64,000 nucleotides of DNA from the human T2T-CHM13v2.0 reference genome, Homo sapiens: positions 7,936,001 through 8,000,000 of the forward strand of contig CP086569.2 of assembly GCA_009914755.4 (NCBI GenBank), written 5' to 3'. Below, one piece after another: positions 13,201 to 25,640 of the stretch (its first letter is position 1; each line of letters begins with the position of its first letter). The position numbers were made by a program, and so were the translations under genes. Under the pieces are notes generated by a model. The model was given only the letters and a program-made list of their open reading frames with translations, did not search any database and was not told the origin of the DNA.

Positions 13201-13833
13201 CTATTTTGTATCCTATTAGTTTTTACCTTGTGTAAGGAACTTTACATATATTTTTACCCATTGAAAGGATACTGAAAAATTGTATGGTTACTTAACTAAT
13301 GAAGACATTTCCGAACTCTGGGATAATTGTTGTTTTTAAGTAGTAGGTATATAGTTAATAAAATCATTCATACCTTTTTCATTATATCATAATTTTGTGG
13401 TTTAATGTCTCATCTGAGAAGTAATTTATTATTTTTTATATTAAAATCAGAAACTGTCACCTTTCACTTCTCTGAATTATTTTAATTTTGTCATGTGGTA
13501 TGGTTTAACATTTCATTCTGTTGGTTTTCAGATGCACATCTCTGTGTAATACCAAATGCTAACAATTACTGTTGTCATAAATGAAGGTCAGCATTTCTGC
13601 CTAGATTTGATAAATAATTTTCTTGTTTTAGCTATAAAAATATAAAAAGAATGCATCACAAAGATATTCAATATAGCTCCCTGGCTACACTGATGAGTCA
13701 TAATCTGAGACTGAGACTGCGTGCGATAAAATTTAAATCACAGATATGATTTACTTTGCAAATCACAGCATATTTTATGCTTTTATTCACAAAATGCCTT
13801 ATTTTTCAGGCAATAGAAACTAGTAAATCAAGA

Positions 13834-14099
<266 letters not shown>

Positions 14100-15605
14100 C
14101 TAAGCCAAGATTTTGTAGTTAAGCACATTAATGAATGATAGTCTTCTACACATTTATATATGTAACCTATATCTATCTATCTATTGATAAAAGCTAAAAG
14201 CATGGGATAAAATATGTAAAATATTAAAGAAATGAGACATTTATGCTCATTTATATAAAGACTCAACATTGCCAAGATGTCAGTTCTCTCCACATTGATA
14301 TGAAGGTTCAAAAACAATTCCAATTAATATCTCAGATATAATTTTGTGGATTTTGACCAATTGATTTCTAAAACATATATGGAGAATTAAAAATAGAGAA
14401 TAGCTAACTTATTATTGAAAAAAGAAGAACAAAGTTGAAGCATTGACATCATTATACTTCAAAATTTACTATAAAGCTACAGTAATCAAAATTGTGTTAC
14501 TGATGAAAGAAATGACAAATAGATGATGTGAAAAAAGGTTAATCTGATTGATCACTTCAGCTAAGAAGAAATACAGTTGTCAAATTAGCATATGAAAGGA
14601 TGATAAACATCTTATGTTATTGGGGAGTTGTGAATGTGATAGTAAATTAAACATAAAATTGCAAAAATTGAAAACCTGATAACAGCAAGTTTAGAAGTAT
14701 GTTTGGTAGGCTTTGTTTTGTTTTGTTTTAACAAAACTAAACCAACTCTTTTGATCTCATCCAGCAGTCTTGCTTCTTGGAATTTACCCAACTAAATTAA
14801 AAACATGTTTACGTCAAAATCTGCATATGGATGTTGTTCTATAGTAGGTAAGTGGATCAACTTTGGTTTATGGAATATTTATGGAATACTATGCAGCACT
14901 AAAACAAAAAGAGCTTTCAAGTCATGAAAAGACATGAAGGGAACTTAAATGTATATTTACAATGAAATAAGCCAATCTGAAAATGCTACATACAGTATTT
15001 CAAGTATATGACAATCTAGAAAAAAATTATTGAAGAAATAAGAAGATTAGTGGTCTCAATGGTTTACAAGGAAGGGTGGAATAAATAGGCACAACTCAGG
15101 TGATTATTAGAGCACACAATGGTGAAACTGTTGTGTATAATACTACAATTTTGGTATGTTTTATTACATGTTTGTCAAAACCCATAGAATGTACAACAGT
15201 AAAAGTGAGACCTAATGTAAACTGCATATATTGACTGACAATGTATTGATGTAGGTTTATGAATTGTAACAAACATATCAGCATCATCAGAAATGGTGAT
15301 AGTGGGGAAGGTTGTACATGTGGGGACAGGGTGTAAGGGAGCTTTCTGTACTTTCTACTCAATTTTGTTGTAAGGCTAAAACCACCCTACTCAGATGTAT
15401 TGATTTAAAAACCTCAGTAATTAGGAGCTATATTTCAGTGCAATATTCATAAATAACTATTAATAAAAAATTAATGTTGAACAAAATCTTTTATGGAAAG
15501 ATAAGATCAGTGTCAATATTAATGCTAAGCTAAGGAATATTGAAGCAGGAATCAAAATAAATAATCAGTAATATAGAGTGAAAGAACAATGCATGGAAAG
15601 GGATA

Positions 15606-15850
15606 CCAGTGGGTTGCTGCTGACTGGGGTGGCTAACTTTTATTCCCTTATTTGTCTCCGCCCATGTCCTGCTGATTGGTCCATTTTACACAGTGCTGAT
15701 TGGTCCATTTTACAAACTTCTAGCTAGCCAGAGAGCGCTGATTGGTGCGATTTCACCAAGCACTGATTGGTGCATTTTACAAACATCTTGTAAGACAGAA
15801 AACTTCCCCAAGTCCCCACTCAATCCAGGAAGTCCAGCTGGCTTCACCTC
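15606..15850 (-). mobile_element. LTR12-family (HERV9 LTR) fragment, minus orientation, covering U3 repeats through the polyA-signal region
   Basis: Reverse complement of the LTR12 signature: gggttgctgctgactgg...cttttattccc...ctgctgattggtccattttacaca...gctgattggtgcattttacaaac...ccaagtccccact...cagctggcttcacc. TGATTGGTGCATTTACAA repeats are diagnostic. Confidence 0.75.
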
Positions 15851-16770
15851 TCACTAGTAGGAATACCCTCTATTCCCACCATCAACATCATGTTGCTACT
15901 TCTGGATGAGTGACTATTTATTCTTTTAAATAGGTAGTGGCAATCTTCCAAAAATTTAGATTTAGGTTTCAGTGTCCTCCACTGGGGCCTGCAACTTATA
16001 AGAAACAGATTTATTCCTGGACAATTGTATCCAACTAGGTATGCCCTAAATTTTAAAAGGACTGGGATAGTCAACAACACCTGATAGGGGGCTCTTCTAT
16101 TTTGGTTGTAATTTATTCTCAGGGGATCCTCCTTTCAAAATATGTAGGGAGATGAAGTTTCATGGTGAATAGGAGGTCAGTTAATTGCCTTGGAAGAGGG
16201 ACCAATACTTTTTGTCCATAGGCTTGGAGGACTTTTCTAACCTGGCCTAAGTTGACAATATCTGTCAACTTATGACTCAACTATATATCTCTTTATTAAG
16301 CAGAAGATCTCAAGCTAAACATGGCCTCACATAACTCCTCTCAAATGGATTGTTTGGGAGGTTTTTTAAGGATCATTCCTATGTGTATAAAGACTGGCTA
16401 AGAGAGGAACTTGGATCTCTGAGGTCTCCTGACATGGCTTAGCTAATGTCTTTTCAAAACATGATTAGCTTTTTCTATTTTACATGAGGAATGAGTACTC
16501 CAGGGGGAATGAAGGTGATAAGTAATGCCAAAGGCTGAAGGAAAGCTGCTGCGTTACTTTAGCTGTGAAAGTAGGGCCATTATCATCACTCCGCAGAATT
16601 TCAGGTAATCAAAACTTTGCAGTTGATCTCATTAAGTAAAAATTTGGACACTCATAATGCCTTCTCTGTCCTTGGGGGAAAAGCCTTAATTCACTTGGTT
16701 GAAGGTGTCTATAAGTACTGGCGAATATTTCCATCCCTGTACAGTTGTATGTGATAAAAATCTATTTGCT

Positions 16771-17066
16771 GGCCAGGCATGGTGGCTCATGCCTGTAATC
16801 TCATCACTTTGGGAGGCCAAGGCAGGTGGATCATGAGGTCAGGAGATCAAGACCATCCTGGCCAACATAGTAAAACCCCATCTCTACTAAAGATACAAAA
16901 ATTAGTTGGGGGTGGCGGTGTGCACTTGTAATACCAGCTACTTGGGAGGCTGAGGCAGGAGAATCATTTAAACCCAGGAGGCAGAGGTTTCAGTGAGCCG
17001 AGATCATGCCACTGCACTCCAGTCTAGTGACAAAGCAAGACTCCATGTCAAAAATAACAACAAAAA
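16771..17066 (+). mobile_element. Alu SINE, plus orientation, with A-rich tail
   Basis: ggccaggcatggtggctcatgcctgtaatctcatcactttgggaggccaaggcaggtggatcatgaggtcaggagatcaagaccatcctggccaacatagtaaaacccc...cactgcactccagtctagtgacaaagcaagactccatgtcaaaaataacaacaaaaaa. Confidence 0.9.
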
Positions 17067-18284
17067 ATTCTATTTGCCAGTCTTCCCAGGGTACGTCTCT
17101 CAATGTTGTAAAGGTTTGAATAGAGGTAGGGGTATGGAGTAGCTTCCTGAATTATTACAACACAAAATTCACAGGTCCTGGACATCCTCTTTATAGTCTA
17201 GAATAGTTTATTTCCTTAAATGATTTGAGAAAATAACTTGTATATTGAGACCTGTCCCAAAGGAGGAGTTACATAAAGGCTTAACTGTCTTTCATTGCAT
17301 TGCCTCAGGGAGAAAGAGTTTTGTTGCTTTCTAGTAACCATCCTGAAAGACTCTTTTGTAATGCTTTTGTTCTGCCCATTAAATTTCTTCATGGGTATAG
17401 TGTGGTGTCCCAGACATGGGTGCAGTACCTGGCATTTGCCAGTGGGCTGTAACAATGGTGCCTCTTTAGATGTGGCCTTAGCTGTTTTCTCTCCCAGAGA
17501 ATTTCCTTTGACAATAGAAAGGCCTTCTTTTTAGTGCCTAGTGCACTGAATCACCGAATCACCGCTAACCTTCTTTAGGAGCTGGACAGCTAGTTATATG
17601 CAAACACTACACCATTTAATGCCAAGAAATTGAGAATCTGCTGATTTTGGTATCCATGGAAGTCCTGAACCAATCCCCCACTTATACTGAGAGAGGATTA
17701 TGTATACTTCAATATCACACAGATCACAATGGAAGTAAAGCCTGCTTTATCACTCAAGTAATTGGCCTTCCTGTGGCTTTCTCTTACAGGTAGGTAGGTA
17801 ATTTCAACTTTGACATCTTAATACTAAATCTAGAAAATTTTCTAAGTTTTCTTGTTAATATATATGTTTTGTATATTCTTTGAAGTTGTCCATGTAGATA
17901 ATCAAGTCATCTACAGATGAGGAATATTTTACTTCTTTCTGCAGAATTCTTACATGCTAAAATATTATTAGTAGTATTTATCATATACTATGTTAAAAAT
18001 CTCGAGGAGAATATTGAAGAGAAATGGTAATAGTTAACCTTCTAATCTTTCTTGTGATTTCGAAGGAAGTACTCTCAGATAAGGAACACTTTCCTTGTTT
18101 GCACTTTAATGTCTTATTATAAATAGCTACTATGTTTTATTTGATGCTTCTGTATTCACTGATGTAATTCTATTTTTTACTACTTTATATTAGTATAATG
18201 CATTAAATTAATAGATTTTCTTAAGTTGCACCACTCTTTTCTCTATGAAATAAATTTAGTGAAGATGTGTGGTTATGATGTATA

Positions 18285-18394
18285 ACCCTACATCTGTTTG
18301 CTTGTTTATATGGTTTGGCTCTGTTTTCACCCCAATCTCATGCTGAATTTTAACCCTTATATTTTGGAGGGGGCCCTGATTGGAGGTGATTGTG
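18285..18394 (+). mobile_element. MaLR LTR (THE1/MST-like) 5' portion; its other half is at 20061-20340
   Basis: atggtttggctctgttttcaccccaatctcatgctgaattttaacccttatattttggagggggccctgattggaggtgattg matches the THE1 5' end (TGATATGGTTTGGCTGTGTCCCCACCCAAATCTCATCTTGAATTGTAGCTCCCATAATTCCCACGTGTTGTGGGAGGGACCCAGTGGGAGGTAATTG). Confidence 0.6.
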
Positions 18395-20060
18395 AGAGGT
18401 GACAGCATGCTGGCAGTCCTCAGAACCCTGGCTTGCTCTCGGCACCTCCTCTGCCTGTGCTCCCACTTTGGCGGCACTCGAGGAGCCCTTCAGCCCACTA
18501 GTGCACTGTGACCCCTCTCTGGGCTGGCCAAGGCTGGAGCCAACTCCCTCAGCTTGCAGGGAGGTGTGGAGGGAGAAGCGCAAGTGGGAACCGGGGCTGC
18601 GTGAGGCACTTGCGGGCCAGCTGGAGTTCTGGGTGGGCGTGGGCTTGGCGGGCCCCGCACTCGGAGCAGGCGGCCAGCCCTGCTGGCCCCGGGCAATGAG
18701 AGACTTAGCACCGGGGCAAGAGACTGCGGAGGGTGTACTGGGTCCCCCAGCAGTGCCAGCCCACCAGCGCTGAGCTCGATTTCTCACCGAGGCTTAGCTG
18801 CCTTGCCGCGGGGCAGGGCTCGCGACCAGCAGCCTGCCATGCCTGAGCCTCCCACCCACTCCATGGGCTCCTGTACTGCCCGAGCCTCCCCGACGAGCAC
18901 CTCCCCCTGTTCCACCGCGCTCAGTCCCATCGACCACCCAAGGGCTGAGGAGTGAGAGCGCACGGCACGGTATGGCAGGCAGCTCCACCTGCAGCCCCGG
19001 TGCGGGATCCACTGGGTGAATCCAGCTGGGCTCCTGAGTCTGGTGGGGACGTGGAGAGTCTTTATGCCTAGCTCAGGGATTGTAAATACACCAGTCAGCA
19101 CCCTGTGTGTAGCTCAAGGTTTGTGAGTGCACCAATCGACACTCTGTATCTAGCTGCTCTGGTAGGGCCTTGGAGAACCTTTATGTCTAGCTCAAGGATT
19201 GTAAATACACCAATCAGCAACCTGTGTTTAGCTCAAGGTTTGTGAGTGCACCAATCGACACTCTGTATCTAGCTGCTCTGGTGGGGATGTGGAGAACCTT
19301 TATGTCTAGCTCAGGGATTGTGAATACACCAATTGGCACTCTGTATCTAGATCAAGGTTTGTAAACACACTAATCAGCACCCTGTGTTTAGTTCAAGGTT
19401 TGTGAATGCACCAATCGACACTCTGTATCTGGCTGCTCTGGTGGAGCCTTGGAGAACCTGTGTGTGGAAACTCTGTATCTAACTAATCTGATGGGGACGT
19501 GGAGAACCTTTGTATCTACCTCAGGGATTGTAAACGCACCAATCAGTGCCCTGACAAAACAGGCCACTCGGCTCTACCAATCAGCAGGATGTGGGTGGGG
19601 CCAGATAAGAGAATAAAACCAGGCTGCCCCAGCCAGCATTGGCAACCTGCTCGGGTCCCCTTCCGCCCTGTAGAAGCTTTGTTCTTTTGCTCTTTGCAAT
19701 AAATCTTGCTACTGCTCACTCTTTGGGTCCACGCTGCTTTTATGACCTGTAACATTCACCACGAAGATCTGCAGCTTCACTCCTGAGCCCAGCGAGACCA
19801 CGAGCCCACCGGGAGGAACGAACAACTCCAGATGGGCTGCCTTAAGAGCTGTAATACTCACCGCCAATGTCTGCAGCTTCACTCCTGAGCCAGCGAGACC
19901 ACGAACCCACCAGAAAGAAGAAACTCCGAACAGATCTGAACATCAGAAGGGACAGACTCCAGACGCACCACCTTAAGAGCTGTAACACTCACTGCGAGGG
20001 TCCGCGGCTTCATTCTTGAAGTCAGTGAGACCAAGAACCCACCAATTCCGGACACAATTG
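18395..20060 (+). mobile_element. Solo LTR12 (HERV9 LTR, LTR12C-like long form), plus orientation, inserted into the MaLR LTR
   Basis: Long collinear match to LTR12: ...gcactcggagcaggcggccagccctgctggccccgggcaatgagagacttagcaccggggcaagagactgcggagggtgtactgggtcccccagcagtgcc...gcctgccatgcctgagcctcccacccactccatgggctcctgtactgcccgagcctccccgacgagc.... Next come tandem U3 repeats (gggattgtaaatacaccagtcagcaccctgtgt...gcaccaatcgacactctgtatctagctgctctggtggggac), then ggccagataagagaataaaaccaggctgcccc...ctttgcaataaatcttgct, and the U5 tandem repeats (taagagctgtaatactcaccgc...cagcttcactcctgagccagcgagaccacgaacccaccag), ending caccaattccggacaca. Confidence 0.9.
19698..19703 (+). promoter_or_regulatory. AATAAA polyadenylation signal in the LTR12 R region
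   Basis: ctctttgcaataaatcttgctactgctcactctttgggtcc is the canonical LTR12 polyA region. The U3 repeats upstream carry the known LTR12 promoter/enhancer elements (established for the family, not assayed here). Confidence 0.6.
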
Positions 20061-20340
20061 GATCATGGGAGCAGACTTCTTGTTTATGTTCTCATTATAG
20101 TAAGTAAGATCAAGTTTTTTGAAAATGTGTAGCACTTCCCCCTTTACACTCTCTTTCCTGCCGCCATGTGAAGACACACTTGCTTTGCCTTGGCCCTCTC
20201 CCATAGGTAAGTTTTCTGAGGCCTCCTAGCCATGTCTCCTGCACAGTCGGAGAAACTATGAGCCAATTAAGCCTCCTTTCTTTATAAATTATCCAGCCTC
20301 AGGTATTTCTTTACAGCTGTGTGAAAACAAAATAATTCAC
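20061..20340 (+). mobile_element. MaLR LTR (THE1/MST-like) 3' portion, continuing the element interrupted by LTR12
   Basis: ttctcattatagtaagtaagatc...ctttcctgccgccatgtgaagacacacttgctttgccttggccctctcccatagg...gaggcctcctagccatgtctcctgcacagtcggagaaactatgagccaattaagcctcctttctttataaattatccagcctcaggtatttctttacagc matches the THE1 3' end (...CTTGCCTGCCGCCATGTAAGACGTGACTTTGC...GAGGCCTCCCCAGCCATGTGGAACTGTGAGTCCATTAAACCTCTTTCCTTTATAAATTACCCAGTCTCGGGTATGTCTTTATTAGC). Confidence 0.7.
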
Positions 20341-21189
20341 TTATATATTGCTTATGTTTTCACATTGTTGTTCTGAAGTAAAATTAATCTTTTTTGTTTT
20401 TAATTCTCATGCTGTTTGAATGTAGTAACAAGACTTTATTCATTTGAAAATTAATTAGGGTTTTCTGTTTTTCTTCTCTTTTTCACTTCTCTGAAACATT
20501 TCTTTCCTTGAATGTGTAGTACAATCCAACTGCAAAAGCAGTTGATTCTAATACTTTTATATAGGGATAATTTAATTGTGGATGCATGTTTTTTAAAATG
20601 ATATAGCAAGTGCAGTTTTCTAGTTCTTCTTGAGTCGGTTTGGGTAACTGACATTTTTGTAGAGACTTTTCTGTTTCACTGAAGAATTAGAATTTGTTTG
20701 CATAAAGATGTTTCTAACATTACCATATTTCTAAATTTCTACTGCGTAGCTGAACATGTCGTCTCTTTGTTTCTTGATATTATGGGTTCTTTCTTTTTGC
20801 AATCAACCTGGTCAGAGATTTGTAGGCTTCATAATCTTCTCAAAGAACTAATTCTGTTTCTATTTGATTAATTTCTGCTCTTGGTTCATTATTTTCTGAT
20901 TAATGTGTTTTTCTTTTGGTGTACTTGTTTCTTCTTTTCCTAAATCTTTATAACAAATGATTCACATATTAGTGTCAGCTTTTCTTATTTCTTCATGAAA
21001 TACAAAATTTTAACCCATTAATTTATCACTAACTTTTAGCAGGAGTCCAAAATAACTGATACTTAATATTCTGAAGTATTATTTCTTTCTGAATTTCAAA
21101 TTTTGTTTTTTTATGTGTTAAGAAGTCTGTCATATATTTCCAATTTACTGGATTAAAAATATGTATATTTTTATTTTTTTAATTTTTTT

Positions 21190-21495
21190 TTTAGTGATAG
21201 TTTCCCTCTTTATTTCTTTTTTAAATTATTATTTTACTTTAAATTTTAGGGCACATGTGCAGAATGTGCAGGTTTGTTACATATGTACACATGTGCCATG
21301 TTATTGTGCTGCACTATTCACAAGGGCAAAGACTTGGAACGAACCCAAATGTCCAACAATGATAGACTGGAATAAGAAAATGTGGCACGTATACACTGTG
21401 GAATACTATGCAGCCATAAAAAATGATGAGTTCATATCCTTTGTAGGGATATGGATGAACCTGGAAACCATCATTCTCAGCCAAAAATATGTATT
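21190..21495 (-). mobile_element. Short 3'-truncated L1 insertion with a 5' inversion (twin-priming structure), minus orientation
   Basis: Poly-T 21170-21230, then the reverse complement of the extreme L1 3' end (ttttagggcacatgtgcagaatgtgcaggtttgttacatatgtacacatgtgccatgttattgtgctgcac). It then switches to plus-orientation L1 ORF2-end sequence (caagggcaaagacttggaacgaacccaaatgtccaacaatgatagactggaataagaaaatgtggcacgtatacactgtggaatactatgcagccataaaaaatgatgagttcatatcctttgtagggatatggatgaacctggaaaccatcattctcagc). This plus segment encodes KTWNEPKCPTMIDWNKKMWHVYTVEYYAAIKNDEFISFVGIWMNLETIILS. Confidence 0.8.
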
Positions 21496-22228
21496 TTTTA
21501 TACTTGTTTGTATTGGAATCAGAGAATGTGTTCTTGATAATACATGAACTTTTGAAATGTATTGAGACTTGCTTTATGCCATAGTATATCTTTAAATGCC
21601 ACTGAATTTTTAGAACGGTTTGCATTATGAGGTACTATATCATATAACTGCCTCTCAGATAGTTTTTGAATAGCCTCTTACATAGTTTAACCTCTGCTGA
21701 ACCAATAATTTTGGAGTGTTGTATTAAAATGTTACATTATAGTGTAATTAATTTATTATAATCACATCAATTTTTGCTGTATATATTTTAGAAGTGTAGA
21801 TTAACCCTGTATTAGACTCCTAGTCTATTGAAAGTTTTGTTGTTATATAGGTGACCATAATTTTTCCTTTATTATTAATTGTTTCTTTAAATCTGAAAAT
21901 ATGCAGTGCTTACGAGGGACACAGAATTTAACCGGTATATCCATTTAATAATTTATTAACTGTTTCTTGTTTGTGTTTGATGTGTTTCATAAGCAGCACA
22001 GAGCTCCAGTTTTTAAAAATATATATATTTTTAGTAGACGTTAAATTTTTTATTATTCAAATATTTAGATTTATGTCTATAGTTTTAAATTTTTATTTAT
22101 ATTTGCCCTACATTTTAGGTTTCACCTTCATCTCCTGTTTAAAATTGGTTGTATTAACGTGTTTTATTTTTTTCTTTTTGTATATTGTCATGAGTTGAAA
22201 AATTCTATCTTATCTTTAAAACCAATCA

Positions 22229-22497
22229 ATATCTGTAATCCCAGTACTTTGGGAGGCCTAGGAGGGCAGATCAGGAGGTCAGGAGATCGAGACCATCCTG
22301 GCTAACACGGTGAAACCCTGTCTCTACTAAAAATACAAAAGAATTAGCCGGGCGAGGTGGCAGGATCCCGTAGTCCCAGCTATTCAGGAGGCTGAGGCAG
22401 GAGAATGGCGTGAACCCGGGATGCGGAGATTGTAGTGAGCAGAGATCGCACCACTGCACTCCAGCCTGGGTGGCAGAGTGAGACTCCATCTCAAAAA
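22229..22497 (+). mobile_element. Alu SINE, 5'-truncated by about 20 bp, plus orientation
   Basis: ctgtaatcccagtactttgggaggcctaggagggcagatcaggaggtcaggagatcgagaccatcctggctaacacggtgaaaccctgtctctactaaaaatacaaaagaattagccgggcgaggtggc...cactgcactccagcctgggtggcagagtgagactccatctcaaaaaaa. Confidence 0.9.
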
Positions 22498-24600
22498 AAT
22501 ATATGTGTATATCTTTACCAGCTTTAGGAAGAATTCAAGATATTTTCATGTTTTTATTTTGATTTGTTTTATTTTGTATGCTTTAATACAATATTTTGAA
22601 TTCTATCTTCATTAAATTGTGTAAAATGTATTATTATTAAAAATGTTGATAACTACATGCCATTGTTTTACTAGGTTTCTTCAAAAATGACCTTCCCTTT
22701 TTTTCCTAGAAACTTCTTATGGAGAACGTCTCTGATCTAGAAAATCTTTCGGCATTTTTTCAGTCACTTTATTTTTTATCAATATTTCTTTCTTTTCTGG
22801 GAATAAAATTATGTTCTTGATTTTAGTTTACTCATTCGGGTCTTTCAAGGAATTAAAATTTCTGACTTTTGTTCTCTAAATGCTCTATTGAGTTTTTTAC
22901 TTTCCAAGTATTGTATTTATTGCATCTAAAATTTCTCTTTTATATCTAGATTTTCAGACTTATCTTAAATATCTTATAATTATCTTTTAGTACTTGACCA
23001 TACTTCTAATATTACTGTTTTATTTTTTAAAGTTTATTAAGCTACTTTTGTTGTATTCAATGCCTGCTTATAAAAGATCTGCAGTATTTCTCAAATTGTC
23101 CCTGTTTTTTCTGCTTGTATTTTTCATGATGGTTTATTTCATGACTTTTTAATATTTTTCTTATTTATGTGAATCATCTAAATTTCAGGAAAATTCTTTA
23201 AGGCCTGAGTTTAATTTTTTTTAAAAGGATATTTGTTGTGCAACAGCCAGGTGCTGTACAAAATACTTTTTACACACAATTTTTACACTTAGTTTATGGA
23301 AAGTGACAGAAAGGGTATACATTCTGTTGTCAAAACTACATAATAACAGGTTTTGGCTATAAAATTAAAGAGTAAGCATCACATCTATGCTCTTTAAAAC
23401 TGAAAACCAAGTTTAAGATGAATATCTTTCTCTCTCTCTGTGGGGAGAGTTTGAATGGCTGTATTATCAAAGGTTTCACTATAAGCCATCTGCAAGCTGA
23501 GGAGCAAGGAGAGTCAATCCAGGTCCACAAACTAAACAACTTGGAGACTGTGATTGAGGGCAGAAAGCATCCAGCTTGGGAGAAAGATATAGTCTGGGAG
23601 ACTAGGCCAGTCTCGTCTTTTCATATTTTTCTACCTGGAAGCTAGTCATGCTGGCAGCTGATTAGATGGTGCCCAGTGAGGTTAAGGGAGGGTCTGCCTT
23701 TTGCAGCTCACTTACACAAACATTAATCTCCTTTGGCAACACCATTACAGACACACAGAGGATAAATACTTTTCCTTCTCCAATCCAATCATATTGACAC
23801 TCAGTATTAACTATCACAAGTCCACCCCTGGTCAACTTGAACCCATACATATTTCCTGTGATTATACATAATCTTTGAATAAAGAAAATAATAAGGTCAC
23901 AATTATGCCTAATATAATACAACTATTCTTCATAAAACAGGAAATGCACCAATCCCCAACCCAAATGCAATTACATGAAGTTAATAATACTTAAATGCTA
24001 AGGTGAAGTTAATAAATCTTATAACACATAATAAAGGAAAAAGGAAATAAGGATATTTTCTTAGTATGAGTGTATGAACACACAAAAATGTAAAATGTTT
24101 TTAACAAAAGACGGAGAAAATACATATGACAGTTAAAGTTCTAGTTTTTGCAGCTGGTCAAGTGGTTGTAGCTGGTATTGATGACTACCTTCTTCTACTA
24201 CCCATTCTGTATTCCCTTTGGCTTCAGCAAGCACCTGAGCATGTTCTGAGATTGGCCACAGTGAGACAATATCACTAAGCATGTTAATTAATTTGGTTGA
24301 ATCAATTATTTAACCAAAATGATGACTTAGAAATATAAAAAGCAAAAGCTTTTTATAATTCTTTACAAATTTTGCTAAAGAACATATTTGTGCCTTTAGA
24401 GTACCTTGCTGTACTCTCATTTCAAGGCTCAACTAAAAAAAAATGTATGATACCTTTTTAAATTTAATTAATGTTCACAAAGAATTCCTTTGGCAAGATT
24501 TATTTTTACAGTCCTTCCACAACTTGTTTGTATTTTTAGCTTTATCTTATCTTATTCAGATTAAATGTTTTACCCTAGGCAAGAATTTATATATTCATGC

Positions 24601-24900
24601 CTTTTTTTTTTTTTTTTTTTTTTGAGAGTCTTGTGCTGTCACCCAGGCTGCTGTGCAGTGGCGCAATCTCGTCTCACTGCAAGCTCCGCCTCCCAGGTTA
24701 ACGCCATTCTCTTGCCTCAGTCTCCAGAGTAGCTGGGACTACAGGCGCCCACCACCACGCCCGGCTAATTTTTTGTATTTTTAGTAGAGACGGGTTTCAC
24801 CATGTTAGCCAGGATGGTCTCGATCTCCTGACCCCATGATCCGCCTGCCTCGGCCTCCCAAAGTGCTGGGATTACAGGCGTGAGCTACCGCGCCCAGCTA
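24601..24900 (-). mobile_element. AluY-like SINE, minus orientation, with a ~10-bp TSD (tattcatgcc)
   Basis: Poly-T (about 25 T) 24601-24626, then a reverse-complement Alu (gagagtcttgtgctgtcacccaggctgctgtgcagtggcgcaatctcgtctcactgcaagctccgcctcccaggtt...gggattacaggcgtgagctaccgcgcccagc). tattcatgcc is present immediately on both sides. Confidence 0.9.
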
Positions 24901-25539
24901 TTCATGCCTTCTTATAATTTTTTAATAAAAACATTTTACTATATGTAAATCATTTACTCATATGTTAATCTACTTAAAGGAAATTGCTGACAGTGGGAAG
25001 AAAAGAAAAGAAAAGAAAAGAAAAAAAGGCTTAAGTATAGGGCAGGAAAGAAAATTTTCATTCTTTTGCAAATGGGTTCCTTCAACAAGGAGAAAAACTT
25101 AATTGCTGTTGGGTGAGGCTGGATCCTTTGGTCAGTGAAGGTGAAAACATCATGAATGCCTGGCATTTTTCAGCCCAGAGGAGATGTTAATGTGGAGCCA
25201 CCATTCAACTAAGCATCCTACATGTGCCTGGGGCTGTTTGGGTAAGGTGATGCAGAGTTTCCTCTACCCTCCGGAGAAGTCCAAGAATGAAAAGTCTCAC
25301 AAACAAAAGAGAAAAAGATTTTTTGGTTTACATCTTCCCTTACCTCAAGTCCCACATCTACACACTGATGTGTTATACAACTTTCTCCTTAGTTAAGATT
25401 AAACAAGAATCTTGTCACATGATTATGAAGGAAGAGGCTAATGAATACACTGAAGGATCAGAAGTAAAGTTTATTGGGCCAAAAGGTAAAAGAAAACAAA
25501 ACAAAACAAAAAACAAAAAAATCCTGTCAGCAAAGTGAG

Positions 25540-25640
25540 AGGCACTCTTGTTATAGGCCTCGACCTCAGAGATTGACTCGAGGCTTGGGCCTCACCCGCA
25601 TAGAGCACCGTGACATGAAAGTTAAACCTGTAGCAAGATG
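25540..25640 (+). repeat. Degenerate left-edge remnant of the 74-bp tandem array, separated from the main array by the L1 insertion
   Basis: ...gcaccgtgacatgaaagttaaacctgtagcaagatgatgtaactc resembles the array unit (cattgtgacatat...cacctaggtgatgtgactctcct). It ends in the L1 TSD. Confidence 0.55.

Noticed and set aside
15850-18395. The possibility that the two LTR12 pieces bracket a HERV9 provirus
   Set aside because: The LTRs are in opposite orientation. The interior contains an Alu and unique DNA with no gag, pol or env similarity. The downstream LTR is interrupting a MaLR LTR, so it is a solo LTR.
18350-18787. GC-rich overlapping ORFs (145 aa minus, 124 aa plus) that might suggest a CpG-island promoter or exon
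   Set aside because: The sequence is collinear with the GC-rich 5' part of the LTR12 consensus. ORFs in both strands of a GC-rich repeat are expected by chance.
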